Source: an uncultured Candidatus Saccharibacteria bacterium (GTDB lineage: Bacteria; Patescibacteriota; Andersenbacteria; UBA10190). From it: a stretch of DNA of 54,840 nucleotides. Within the stretch, counting starts at the first letter, position 1. The number at the start of each line of letters is the position of its first letter. Where the stretch lies: positions 1 to 54,840 of the forward strand of contig CAYJQW010000008.1 of NCBI GenBank assembly GCA_964372635.1. Reading direction: 5' to 3'. The position numbers and the translations under genes were made by a program. The notes under the pieces are model-generated. The model was given only the letters and a program-made list of their open reading frames with translations. It had not been told where the DNA came from and did no database searches. Positions 8,771 through 18,748 of this stretch are shown piece after piece.

Positions 8771-9685
8771 ATGCAGCAAAATAACAAAGCAGCCTTGCAA
8801 GCCGTGATCGTGACAGTGGTAGTCATTATTGGCTTCGTCGGCCTGTACTGGGGAGGTAGAGCCTGGTGGCGAAGCCGAGCTGTGGTTTCAAACGAAAATT
8901 TAGCCCCAGAAGTAACACCGGCCACTGATAAAGTCTCAGGTGCCGAGGAGGATATTGATGGCGATGGTTTGTCGGCAACTTTTGAATCTTTCTATAACAC
9001 CGACCCAAATAATTCCGATACCGATGGAGACGGTGCCCTAGATCTGGAAGAGCTGCAATTGGGTCGCGATCCAACTAAACCTGCTGTCAGCGAAGGTAGT
9101 GATAAACTAGGACCCATAACCGGAAGTTTGGTGCCGGACCTTGGCACGTATACCCAAAAGTACTTAGCCAGTCTGCCCGCCGATATTGACCGCGCAAACA
9201 TTTTAAGTAAGGAGCAACTAGAAATCTTTATTGAGCAAGAACGGGGGGAGCTGCTACCACAAATCCCGGATAGTAGTTTGCAGATCAATCCGGCCACAGG
9301 TAAAACCGAGGTTAGTGCCTATTTAGACAGCATTTCACCAGGCCATAATAAGGCACTGCGTCCCGTAACAAATGACGATGTTGAGACGGCGCTTACAGCC
9401 CAGCTTCAACTCAATATTGAGCCGATGAAAATCGTTGTCGAAGCGCTTGAACAAAATTTAGGTACACTTAAGGCTTTAAAAATACCTGCTGAAGTTGTTG
9501 ATTTACACCGAACACTCCTAGCCGCCACCCAAGCTCTGCTCTCTAACGTAAAATTGTTGCGCGACATTGATAACGACTTTGTTGGAGGACTGATTGCTTC
9601 AAAGAACATTGATAGTTTAGGTGCAGTCTTTTCTGATATTGCCTTGAAAGTAGCTGCCCTTGAGAAAAAATACGATCTTAAATAA
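8771..9685 (+). CDS. Membrane-anchored protein with TSP3-like Ca-binding repeat
   Basis: N-terminal TM; DIDGDGLSATFE..TDPNNSDTDGDGALDLEE. Confidence 0.8.
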   Translation: MQQNNKAALQAVIVTVVVIIGFVGLYWGGRAWWRSRAVVSNENLAPEVTPATDKVSGAEEDIDGDGLSATFESFYNTDPNNSDTDGDGALDLEELQLGRDPTKPAVSEGSDKLGPITGSLVPDLGTYTQKYLASLPADIDRANILSKEQLEIFIEQERGELLPQIPDSSLQINPATGKTEVSAYLDSISPGHNKALRPVTNDDVETALTAQLQLNIEPMKIVVEALEQNLGTLKALKIPAEVVDLHRTLLAATQALLSNVKLLRDIDNDFVGGLIASKNIDSLGAVFSDIALKVAALEKKYDLK

Positions 9686-9795
9686 ATAGTAATCACGTGA
9701 CCCAAATACATAAAATTAACAAAGCGAATAATCAACCGAAAATGCAGTATACTAAGTATGTTGTTTAGTTACTTTCTATTATTTCTTAATGACCT

Positions 9796-10743
9796 ATGTC
9801 GCGCCGGTTAATTATAATAATCCTAATAATCTTGATCGTAAGTGTCCTGGCCGGCACGGTGACACTAATTGTTCGCAGTGTCCGTCAAAATTCAAATATT
9901 TCTGACACTGAAACAGGGGATCAGCCCGGACAACTAGACTTAGCGCCCGAGGGCAGACCAGAGATCGCTAATCCTGAAGGGGACGATGATGCTGATGGTT
10001 TAACCAATGCACTTGAAGCTGTTTGGGGTACTAACCCCAATTTATCCGATACCGATGGTGATGGTTTCAAGGATGGCGAAGAGGTAGCAGCCAATCACAA
10101 TCCAACGATCGCCGGGCCGAATGACCTGCTGCCAGCCGGCTTTAAGCCTCAACAGAATCTTCAGCCGCTCGCGGCCGCACCTCTACAAATCGATGAATTT
10201 TTTGAGGATGGCCTAGATCTGACAGGAGGTAATACAAACCTCACCGAAGCCTATGACCAAAAGACGCCCGATAAGGAAAAAAGCGTGGCCTCAATGTTTG
10301 CCTACGCTCAAGATCAGCCGATTATTACCAAACTGCCTGCAGCTAAAGATTCTGGCATATTAAAAGCCAGTTCTGATGATGCTAATGCAGTCGCAACTTA
10401 TCTTAATACGGCGAGTAATTATGATGCCATCTCAAATAGCGTTTTATTTAACACGGCCATGAATGGCCTAATTCAGACCGGTAACCCAAGTGGTATTCAA
10501 AACGTGGCCACTCAAGTAAGAATCTTTCAGGAAAAACTCTTAACATTACCAGTTCCGAATCAAGCTTTAAGCTTACATAAAGTATTGATAGGCTATACAG
10601 AATTGCTTGCAGCCACGTTTGATCAAATTGCATTATGGAATACTGATCGGGTTAAAGCCTTAACTGCTATTCGTCAACTTGATACCATTGACCGCCAATA
10701 TTACCCAATTATTGTTAATGAAATAAATCGGCTGTCGCAGTAA
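9796..10743 (+). CDS. Paralog of 8771..9685 with TSP3-like Ca-binding repeat
   Basis: N-terminal TM; DDDADGLTNALE..TNPNLSDTDGDGFKDGEE; shared C-terminal L.[IV]P..LH..L motif. Confidence 0.8.
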   Translation: MSRRLIIIILIILIVSVLAGTVTLIVRSVRQNSNISDTETGDQPGQLDLAPEGRPEIANPEGDDDADGLTNALEAVWGTNPNLSDTDGDGFKDGEEVAANHNPTIAGPNDLLPAGFKPQQNLQPLAAAPLQIDEFFEDGLDLTGGNTNLTEAYDQKTPDKEKSVASMFAYAQDQPIITKLPAAKDSGILKASSDDANAVATYLNTASNYDAISNSVLFNTAMNGLIQTGNPSGIQNVATQVRIFQEKLLTLPVPNQALSLHKVLIGYTELLAATFDQIALWNTDRVKALTAIRQLDTIDRQYYPIIVNEINRLSQ

Positions 10744-10986
10744 ATAAATCATTAGAGATTACTTTAGGGGCGATGAATAACAAAGTTGTTCTTTGTATTT
10801 TAAGGAATACAGATACCTTTACGACGGTGCATTATTAATTTGCAATTTTATTAGCATCATAATCTTCATTAAGAAATGAAACTTAAAGGATACTTCGACT
10901 AGGAATCGTGCATGAACTATAGCTTGATGACATATTTTTATTTGAGCACAAACAGCCCTTTTCACGCTATACTGTAAGTCATCGAT

Positions 10987-12561
10987 ATGAGAGGTCGTAT
11001 GCATAGGAGTCTTCGCATAGTTATTATTATGGCAGTGGTTTTCGTGGGCAGTATTTTATCTGGCTCGCGCCCAGTTTTGGCTGACCCACATGCCGTTTTC
11101 TACACGGCCATTGGTCAGCGCCAACTCTTTTTTAATCTCTTGGCTGCTCTAGACCAAGCTGATTATGTTGAGCCGGCCACCGGAGACAATTCCCGCTCAC
11201 AATTAGAGGCCAATCGAGAAAAGGCCGGATTACCCCCTGAAACCGATGAGAGAGTGACATCTACGGAAACAAAACTTTCCAGTATTTTAACCCGTGGTAT
11301 TACCCTGGAAGGCAACGATATTTGGACAGCCTATCTGGCTAATCAATTTGCTATAGAGGCTGCTCGGCGCACTTACACTGACGAAGTTATTCGCGTCTTC
11401 TGTGAAGCCCTACAAAGACCGGGCTGCTCATCGACTGAAAGGTCTTCTTTCACCAATGAAAAATTTATAAATGATATTACTGAGTATGCAAGCCAAGTAA
11501 CTGACGCTGGCAAATCAGCCCTTTCCTCATCAAATGATCCTAATAGCCAGGATCAAAAGCTGCGTCAAAAATATGCTGATAAATCAAACCCTCAACCTAA
11601 TCGGACTGTTCCGTTTGATTCGTTTGTGGCCGATGCCAGAGAAACGGCAGCGAAAGATCCCGCTGTAGCCAAATCTTTTGAAAACATTGCTAACCATGTT
11701 ACTTATGCATCAAATGATAAGGTCGACACCTATGCCTTATCGGATATTAATAGTTCTGCGACTGGATATGCCTCGAAGAAAAATATTGAGACTGTAGAAG
11801 ACATAACTGATGCTATAGGATCCTTGATTCAGCTGCCATCATCTCTCCAATTGGCAGCCCTCAATGGGGCAGGCAAGGCCGAGCTAGCCCAAAAAGCGGC
11901 GCAAAATTCAGTTGTGGCTACTCGTCAAAATAATGTATCCAGCGAAAAACAAAATGGTGTAACAGTATTTAAAGGTGTTACTGAAACTATCACTGTACCC
12001 AAGGAAGGAAATGAAGCTCAAATAAATGCTTTGGCCAATGTTATTGCTAACCAAGATCAGAATTTGAAGTACGCACCGGCAACAGCGGAATCTGTACCCG
12101 GTCGAACAGAATTGGTTAATCGACCAAAGATTGGGACTGCTGTTCCTGCAGCCGCCCCGGTAGCACTAGCACCTTCAGAGAGAAAAGTTGCTGGAATTCT
12201 TGATAGTGTCGGCAGCGCCTTATTAAACTCAGTCGGTCTTGCGGGAAGAGGAACTGGCAGCACCGCTGGAACTTTTAGTGGAAGTTTAACGACAGTTCTC
12301 AATGCATTGTATTCAACTTACTTAAAAGCAACGGATGTTGAATTAAGCGCAGACACAAACCCGATTGCCCCTCATAGAGAGGCCGGATCAGTTGATGCCT
12401 TAAAGGCACTAACCGATGATATATATCTAAAGGACGTAAACTCGGGTAGTAGTACAACTAGTAATTGCGGGTTTTGTGTCCCCTTAAGTCTAGTGGACAA
12501 ATTAGTCATTGAGGCGACAAGTTTTATGTGTTCTGTATTTAAAATTGGCTGTCCATTGTAA
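10987..12561 (+). CDS. Secreted hypothetical protein in the T4SS-like locus
   Basis: Signal peptide ending VLA; Cys-rich C-terminus; stop overlaps next ATG (TAATG). Confidence 0.7.
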   Translation: MRGRMHRSLRIVIIMAVVFVGSILSGSRPVLADPHAVFYTAIGQRQLFFNLLAALDQADYVEPATGDNSRSQLEANREKAGLPPETDERVTSTETKLSSILTRGITLEGNDIWTAYLANQFAIEAARRTYTDEVIRVFCEALQRPGCSSTERSSFTNEKFINDITEYASQVTDAGKSALSSSNDPNSQDQKLRQKYADKSNPQPNRTVPFDSFVADARETAAKDPAVAKSFENIANHVTYASNDKVDTYALSDINSSATGYASKKNIETVEDITDAIGSLIQLPSSLQLAALNGAGKAELAQKAAQNSVVATRQNNVSSEKQNGVTVFKGVTETITVPKEGNEAQINALANVIANQDQNLKYAPATAESVPGRTELVNRPKIGTAVPAAAPVALAPSERKVAGILDSVGSALLNSVGLAGRGTGSTAGTFSGSLTTVLNALYSTYLKATDVELSADTNPIAPHREAGSVDALKALTDDIYLKDVNSGSSTTSNCGFCVPLSLVDKLVIEATSFMCSVFKIGCPL

Positions 12562-14588
12562 TGAGAAGTATGACGACTAAATATTTAAAAAAACGTTACC
12601 TTGTTTATGTAATGTTTGTTGCTATCGGCATTGGAAATTTTTTTCCACAGATCGCTGTTGCTCAGATCGGAGCCGCTGATGAGTTCGTCGAAGTTTCATC
12701 TTTAAGCATTTATAATTCAAAAATTCATGCAAGTACTTTGCGCGATGGCTTTCAATGTGAAGCTCGATCAATTTATAAAACTAGATTACTAGGTGCTACA
12801 CTGGGCGGCAAAGAATTTCCTAGTCTTACTGACGTTATACCGGTCCCGTCTGGTAAAACATTTGCTGTTGAGGCACCGGGCTTAATTAATTTTCGTCCTT
12901 CTCCACCACTGCCTCACACCTGGATTTACAATATTAGGAAGATAATGTTTTGTCCTGAATCTGAAAGGGATAATATCTACCAAGAAGGAAGTGTTGAGAG
13001 TCCAACTCCGGAAGTTAACAAAACTCTCGGTTGGCTTTTATATGCGTTTGAATTACCAATGATGGTTGCAGCAAGTATTGGCCTATGGATTCTTGCTGTA
13101 AGCTCTTATCTCACGGGAAATATGCTAACGGCTGGTCAATTCATCACTGATCCATTTGTAAGCACAGGCTGGCCGTTCGTTCAAGGGATTGCAAATTTAG
13201 GTTTTATTATCGTTTTGCTATTTATTGCCTTTGCCACAACCGTGCAACTTGATATTGGCTCAGGCGGGATCCGCCGTCTTTTGCCCAGATTACTTATTGC
13301 GGCCCTGCTAATAAACTTTAGTTTGGTTCTTGGCGGAATATTAATTGATGCATCTAGATTAACTAATGCCGCGCTTGTCACTGTAGTTGGCGGTAAATTA
13401 GATCGAGTCGATAATATCGGATTTGCTATACTAAACAATTCTGGAACTTTTAATACCGTCTTTAAATCAGTAACCAGAGGCAGCATAACTGTTAATAGAC
13501 TCAATTTACCCCGGACATGGGAGACACCTTTCCGCATATTGCAAGCAACTCTGGTTATTTGGATGATGGCTCTTGGATTCGGCTTAGTTGCCCTGCTTCT
13601 ATTAGCACGTCATATTATCCTAATTTTATTGCTTATCGTTTCACCGATAGCTTATATTTCTTTAGTTCTGCCCCAGACTTCCGGTTTCGGGAAATGGTGG
13701 TGGTCTAACTTCATAAAGTGGGTCATTTATGGTCCAATAGTTCTTTTTATCCTTATTCTAATAACCATTCCGAATAGCGGCAGCCTAACAAAGGATGGAA
13801 ATTTCTTAAATGGCATTTTTAACGTTCTCTTAACATTTGCCATGCTTATGGCTGCCGCTCTGGCATCACGAAAACTTAGTGCTGTCGGCGCGAATGGAAT
13901 TGTTAGTTTTGCCGCTAAACGCGGCAAACAAATAGGACAAGTTGCAGCCCAGCACCCAATATTGGCTGGTGCCGCGCTGGCCATACCGACCGGGGGTGTA
14001 TCGCTTGCCGCAGGAGCGGCAATTGCCGGCGCGCGCGGAGCTAGCTTTGCGACCAAGAAAGGCATCGAGAAACTTTATAAGGCTCCTTATGAATATGCAG
14101 GTGGAGTCGTTCGCGCCGGTGCTGAAAGAGTGTTCGGCAAAAAATCGGCGGCGGCCAGAGGTTATGAACGAGGCGCTAAGATATTCAAACCTGAAACTGC
14201 GGCGGAAAAAGAACTTAGACAGAGAAGAGAAACAGAAGGTGAAAAGACTGCCAGTGATCTGGCCAGCAGCCCATTGACGGCCATGGATGATATTTCAAGC
14301 CGGCAACTTTCTGACCATAATTTCACGAAAAAACTGTATAAGGCCAACCCTGCAAACATCAGCCTCGCTGCTAGCAACGCTAATATGTCACAGCTAGAAG
14401 GCCTAGTAGCAAATGTCAATCTAATGAAGCAACTTACAGAACAGGAGCGGAACGATTTGGAAAAGACAATCGACAAACATGCTGATCCCAAAATTAGGTC
14501 GCAAGACAAAGCCAGACTCATTAAGACTCTGAACAGTACGATTAACACGGCCGATAAGGAGCTAGTGGAAGGTAAGAAGTTAACTTAA
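12561..14588 (+). CDS. VirB6/TrbL-like polytopic membrane protein
   Basis: GWPFVQGIANLGFIIVLLFIAF, LPRLLIAALLINFSL, LLLIVSPIAY..LPQT..WW; Gly/Ala-rich cytoplasmic tail. Confidence 0.75.
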   Translation: MRSMTTKYLKKRYLVYVMFVAIGIGNFFPQIAVAQIGAADEFVEVSSLSIYNSKIHASTLRDGFQCEARSIYKTRLLGATLGGKEFPSLTDVIPVPSGKTFAVEAPGLINFRPSPPLPHTWIYNIRKIMFCPESERDNIYQEGSVESPTPEVNKTLGWLLYAFELPMMVAASIGLWILAVSSYLTGNMLTAGQFITDPFVSTGWPFVQGIANLGFIIVLLFIAFATTVQLDIGSGGIRRLLPRLLIAALLINFSLVLGGILIDASRLTNAALVTVVGGKLDRVDNIGFAILNNSGTFNTVFKSVTRGSITVNRLNLPRTWETPFRILQATLVIWMMALGFGLVALLLLARHIILILLLIVSPIAYISLVLPQTSGFGKWWWSNFIKWVIYGPIVLFILILITIPNSGSLTKDGNFLNGIFNVLLTFAMLMAAALASRKLSAVGANGIVSFAAKRGKQIGQVAAQHPILAGAALAIPTGGVSLAAGAAIAGARGASFATKKGIEKLYKAPYEYAGGVVRAGAERVFGKKSAAARGYERGAKIFKPETAAEKELRQRRETEGEKTASDLASSPLTAMDDISSRQLSDHNFTKKLYKANPANISLAASNANMSQLEGLVANVNLMKQLTEQERNDLEKTIDKHADPKIRSQDKARLIKTLNSTINTADKELVEGKKLT

Positions 14589-14591
14589 CCA

Positions 14592-15140
14592 ATGGGCATC
14601 GCCTACAATAGCATACCGGTCAACTCGACTATTATTCTCCCACCCAACCAGCAGGAGGCTTATATTTTGGCGGGTTTGAAAACGCCGGCGGCGGTTAAAC
14701 AGATGCTCTTTGCCGCCCAGACCGGATCTTTTATCCAGGGCCTCGCGAAGATTCATGGACTCCCGTCGTCGTCGGTAATGCCAATAGCCCTCTTAATTTT
14801 AAAAGTGGCCATCGGTGAAATTGAACTGGCTAAGTTGGGAGCGGTTTTATCCAGCGAACTGGGTTTGGCAAACGACAAATCCCAAGCCATCGCCACCGAA
14901 ATTGAGCGCGACCTGTTTGCGCCGGTAATGTTGGACTTAAATCAGTACTTGGAGAAGAGAAAAGCTGCAAACCAAGGGGGCCTGCCCCCCGAAGCCTTAT
15001 TGAAGGGGGGAGCCCGTAATGTTTTAGACCTTAAAAACCGGCCTAAGCCACCTGTGCCGCCACCGATAATACCTCCACAAAACCCAAGGCCCAGAACACA
15101 AAGGCCAAACAAAACACAATACCAAAACACAGGACAATGA
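14592..15140 (+). CDS. Hypothetical protein; C-terminal tail is encoded by the repeat arm
   Basis: 182-aa ORF in operon; last ~20 aa (PQNPRPRTQRPNKTQYQNTGQ) lie in the CA-rich arm. Confidence 0.7.
   Translation: MGIAYNSIPVNSTIILPPNQQEAYILAGLKTPAAVKQMLFAAQTGSFIQGLAKIHGLPSSSVMPIALLILKVAIGEIELAKLGAVLSSELGLANDKSQAIATEIERDLFAPVMLDLNQYLEKRKAANQGGLPPEALLKGGARNVLDLKNRPKPPVPPPIIPPQNPRPRTQRPNKTQYQNTGQ
14981..15010. repeat. In-frame REP-like palindrome (encodes LPPEALLKG)
   Basis: CCTG-CCCCCC-GAAGCCTTATTGAA-GGGGGG, 30 nt. Confidence 0.65.
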
Positions 15141-15580
15141 ACGATCGTACAAACCCATATCGAGACCTTGAGCTGAGAACAACCACTTTTGCTAAACAGA
15201 TTATTCAATTGTGTAAGATCCTGCCACAGAATGTAATAAATAGGCGCTTAATTGATCAAATCGTACGCTCAGCGGGATCGGTGGGAGCAAACTATAGAGA
15301 AGCCAATGAAGCTATAAGTAAAAAGGACTTTATGCACCGCCTGAGAATCGCCCGAAAAGAGGCTAAGGAAACAGCTCATTGGCTTGAACTTATTGCGGAG
15401 GCAAATACAGGATTCAATGATGATATTAAGCGATTGCTTAAAGAGACTTATGAGCTGCGTAACATTTTGTCTGCTATCCTTAATAAGGCAGTTGAATCAA
15501 TTAAGGAAGGAGTTTGAAATGTTTGAAATTATTGGGCTTTGTTTGGAATTTGGTACAAGTTTGTGTTTTGTAAAGTTTTG
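15075..15580 (+). mobile_element. Fold-back element copy C carrying a four-helix-bundle gene
   Basis: CA-rich arm 15075-15136 and GT-rich arm ~15511-15580 flank the ORF; terminal CAAAAC(15078-83)/GTTTTG(15575-80). Confidence 0.65.
15137..15517 (+). CDS. Four-helix-bundle protein (23S rRNA intervening-sequence protein family)
   Basis: DLELRT..FA, QIVRSAGSVGANYREA..S.KDF..RLRIARKEAKET.HWL. Confidence 0.92.
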   Translation: MNDRTNPYRDLELRTTTFAKQIIQLCKILPQNVINRRLIDQIVRSAGSVGANYREANEAISKKDFMHRLRIARKEAKETAHWLELIAEANTGFNDDIKRLLKETYELRNILSAILNKAVESIKEGV

Positions 15581-15583
15581 CCC

Positions 15584-16087
15584 ATGAGATATCAGGTCCC
15601 ACAATTCGTTGACATCGAGGACAAAGTAATCGGTCCGTTCACGGTCAAGCAATTTCTAATGTACATCGTAGCCGCCATGTTGCTCGTGCCAGTTTATCTC
15701 ACCTCCGACATTTCACTTTTTGTAACAATTGCCATTCCGGTAATTGGCATCGCGGCCGCGTTCGCTCATGTCCGCATTCATGGTAAATCATTATTTTCGA
15801 TGATCGGTTATAGTATTCAGTTTATCTCGCGAGGACAGCTGTTTCTGTGGCGGCGTACCTCTAAACCAAAACTCTTGGCGGTCAAAGGAAGTGAATACGA
15901 AATCTGGCAGGAGGATCTTAAACCTTTGGTATCAGAAACTACTTCGCTCGCCCAACAGTCCCGTATCTTAACAGCTGGCGGCAGTATTGTTGGTGAAGAT
16001 TTAGAAGACCCATTTGAAACAACGCCAAATAACAATAAGGTAGTCAAGAAAAATAAGGCTCTGGCCGCAAAAAAAGAGTATCATTAG
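15584..16087 (+). CDS. PrgI-family T4SS membrane protein
   Basis: MRYQVPQFVDIEDKVIGPFTVKQF, then 2 TMs; start moved to ATG 15584 because the upstream extension is repeat arm. Confidence 0.88.
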   Translation: MRYQVPQFVDIEDKVIGPFTVKQFLMYIVAAMLLVPVYLTSDISLFVTIAIPVIGIAAAFAHVRIHGKSLFSMIGYSIQFISRGQLFLWRRTSKPKLLAVKGSEYEIWQEDLKPLVSETTSLAQQSRILTAGGSIVGEDLEDPFETTPNNNKVVKKNKALAAKKEYH

Positions 16088-16110
16088 GTCTAGCCGCTAA
16101 AAATCATCTT

Positions 16111-16800
16111 ATGGCCCAAGAAATGCAACATAAAAAAGTTAAAGGAAAGCCAACGCAATCGATTGTTCGCGTGGCAGAAATCCGTGACGGCGTCTCCATT
16201 TTAAATGATGGCACGATGCGAGCGACGATGATGGCCTCATCCGTTAATTTTGCGCTCAAGAGCCAAGACGAGCAGGATGCTATTATTTACGCTTATCAAG
16301 AATTTCTTAACTCTCTTGATTTTCCGGTTCAAGTTACAATTACTTCCCGCAAAATGGATATCACCCCGTATTTGGAGGAAATTAAGCAATTGCGGGAGAA
16401 ACAACCTAATGAATTACTGCGCTTACAGATGGACGAGTACGTCAATTTCATTGCCGAACTGGTCAAAACTAGCAGCATTATGACTAAATCATTTTTTATA
16501 ACAATTCCTTTCTCGGTACAGCAAAGTAAAAAGGAGGGCCCGTTCTCTCGTATTTTGAAAGGAGTCAAGGGAGCAACCGGAAAACATGTCATGAATGACA
16601 CCGATTTTGAACACAATCGGGCTCAATTAATGCAGAGAGTGAATCAAGTAGCTATAGGTTTACAGGCTTTTGGGTTGCGGCTAGCACCATTACAAACGCA
16701 AGAATTACTAGAGCTCTACTACAATATGTATAATCCAATAACTAGCCGAAACCAACGTCTTAAAAATGCGGCTCAGCTGCGCGTTGAGGAATTTAGCTAG
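16111..16800 (+). CDS. T4SS accessory protein resembling the TraC/VirB4 N-terminal region
   Basis: IRDGV, VNFALKSQDEQDAIIYAYQEFLNSLDFPVQV, ELLELYYNMYNP; lies between prgI and virB4. Confidence 0.75.
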   Translation: MAQEMQHKKVKGKPTQSIVRVAEIRDGVSILNDGTMRATMMASSVNFALKSQDEQDAIIYAYQEFLNSLDFPVQVTITSRKMDITPYLEEIKQLREKQPNELLRLQMDEYVNFIAELVKTSSIMTKSFFITIPFSVQQSKKEGPFSRILKGVKGATGKHVMNDTDFEHNRAQLMQRVNQVAIGLQAFGLRLAPLQTQELLELYYNMYNPITSRNQRLKNAAQLRVEEFS

Positions 16801-16804
16801 CAGG

Positions 16805-16813
16805 TGTGGATAA
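16805..16813 (-). promoter_or_regulatory. Perfect DnaA box upstream of virB4
   Basis: TGTGGATAA (= TTATCCACA) in a 92-bp intergenic gap. Confidence 0.55.
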
Positions 16814-16892
16814 ACTGGGTCATTAGCCAATTATCTCGGCTGAAATTCACTGTCCTGCTGAATTTAATGTAATCACTGCTATACTGTTATCT

Positions 16893-18746
16893 ATGAGTGT
16901 TGTAGGCGACGTGACAAGCTTCCTTCGCGGAAAAAAGAAGACAGAAAACCCTGAAGAAGCTGTCAGGGCTCAAGCAACCATGCAGCAATTCGAAGAGGGG
17001 ATATCAAGTCTGCGCGATATTGTTGCGCCGGCTGCCTTTAAGGTTACTCCACAAAATATCGAGATCGATGGCAAATACGCAACAACCCTCTTTGTCACCA
17101 CTTATCCGCGTTATCTTGATACGAATTGGTTCTCGCCAATTGTGAATTACGACATTGAGTTTGATGTATCTATGTTTGTGTATCCACAAGATTCGGCCAC
17201 AATCTTAAAGCAATTACGCAAACGTACCACCCAAGTCTCCGCTTCTATTTCTATGCAAGCAGAATCAGGTAAGGTGCGAGATCCACAGCTTGAGACTGCC
17301 TACCGGGACATTGAAGAACTGCGCGATCGCTTAGTTCAAGGTACGGAACGTTTCTTTCAGTTTGGACTGTATATCACTCTTTATGCCGATTCTGCTGAAG
17401 ATCTTGAGCAAGTTGTATCCCAAGTTGAAGTGCTCCTAGAAGGACGTCTGGTTTATGCAAAGCCCGCCCTTTTTCAACAGGAACAGGGGTTTTCCTCAAC
17501 CCTGCCGATCGGCCATGATGAGTTGGTTATTAATACCAACCTTAACTCGTCTCCTCTCTCGACAAGTTTCCCGTTTGTCAGCGCAGATCTAACCAGCGAC
17601 TCAGGCGTTCTCTATGGCATTAACCTCCACAACAATAGTCTAATATTATTCGACCGTTTCAGCCTGGAAAACGCTAACATGGTCATCCTGGCAAAATCCG
17701 GAGCCGGTAAAAGTTATGCTGTGAAACTTGAGATTTTGCGCAGTCTTATGTTGGGCACAGAAGTGATGGTTATTGATCCAGAACAAGAGTATCGCTACTT
17801 GGCAGATGCTGTCGGCGGATCTTACTTAAGAATTGCGATTGCTTCTGATAATCGTATTAATCCGTTTGATCTGCCCGAATTAGCTGAAGATGATTCTCCA
17901 GAAGCGGTTTTACGTGAGAATATAACTCGCCTCGCTGGTCTGATCGCGTTAATGGTTGCTGGCTTAACCCCTGAAGAACAATCAATTGTTGATGCCGCTC
18001 TTTGGGAAACCTACGCCATCAAAGACATTACCAAGGAAGCGCGCTGGCAGAAACCTGAAGTACCCACCCTGCAAGACTTTTATGATGTTGTGACTAACAT
18101 GGAAGGGGCAAAAAGTGTGGCCACAAGGTTGGAACGATATGTCTCAGGTACGTTTGCTGGCGTGTTTAACCGTCCGACAAACATTGATCTTGATAAACAA
18201 CTTATCGTCTTCAACATTCGCGACATGGAAGACGCTCTGCGGCCGATTGCGATGTATATTATTTTAGGCTTCATTTGGAACCGAGTGAGAGCGAATCTAA
18301 AAAAGCGTCTGCTCATTGTCGATGAAGCCTGGACACTGCTAGCTCACGAGGAATCGGCGCAATTTATGTTTTCCATGGCAAAGCGCGCCCGTAAATATTA
18401 TCTCGGCATCACAACTATCACCCAAGATATCACTGATTTTTTGCGATCGAAGTACGGCAAGCCAATTATTACCAACTCATCACTGCAATTACTGCTGCGT
18501 CAATCGCCGGCGGCCATTGATTTACTGGCTGAGGTATTTTATTTGACAGACCATGAAAAATTTAGATTGCTCGAAAGCGATGTCGGGGAAGGTATATTCT
18601 TTGCCGGTTTAAAGCACGTCGCTCTGAAGGTGGTAGCAAGTTACGCTGAGGATCAAGTGATTACATCAGATCCACAGCAGGTGCTGGCCATTGAAGCTGC
18701 TAAGCGAGAATTAGCACGACAGCAGGGACAAGCAGAAAAAGTATAG
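16893..18746 (+). CDS. virB4: VirB4/TraC-family T4SS ATPase
   Basis: Walker A AKSGAGKS, IDPEQEY, INPFD, Walker B LIVDEAW, KRARKY, ITQD. Confidence 0.92.
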   Translation: MSVVGDVTSFLRGKKKTENPEEAVRAQATMQQFEEGISSLRDIVAPAAFKVTPQNIEIDGKYATTLFVTTYPRYLDTNWFSPIVNYDIEFDVSMFVYPQDSATILKQLRKRTTQVSASISMQAESGKVRDPQLETAYRDIEELRDRLVQGTERFFQFGLYITLYADSAEDLEQVVSQVEVLLEGRLVYAKPALFQQEQGFSSTLPIGHDELVINTNLNSSPLSTSFPFVSADLTSDSGVLYGINLHNNSLILFDRFSLENANMVILAKSGAGKSYAVKLEILRSLMLGTEVMVIDPEQEYRYLADAVGGSYLRIAIASDNRINPFDLPELAEDDSPEAVLRENITRLAGLIALMVAGLTPEEQSIVDAALWETYAIKDITKEARWQKPEVPTLQDFYDVVTNMEGAKSVATRLERYVSGTFAGVFNRPTNIDLDKQLIVFNIRDMEDALRPIAMYIILGFIWNRVRANLKKRLLIVDEAWTLLAHEESAQFMFSMAKRARKYYLGITTITQDITDFLRSKYGKPIITNSSLQLLLRQSPAAIDLLAEVFYLTDHEKFRLLESDVGEGIFFAGLKHVALKVVASYAEDQVITSDPQQVLAIEAAKRELARQQGQAEKV

Positions 18747-18748
18747 CT

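Noticed and set aside
15137..15517. Diversity-generating retroelement (Avd-like four-helix bundle)
   Set aside because: No reverse transcriptase, and I saw no TR/VR pair with adenine-specific mismatches in the window.
1719..15580. CRISPR array interpretation of the repeats
   Set aside because: No regularly spaced identical repeats with unique spacers and no cas genes.
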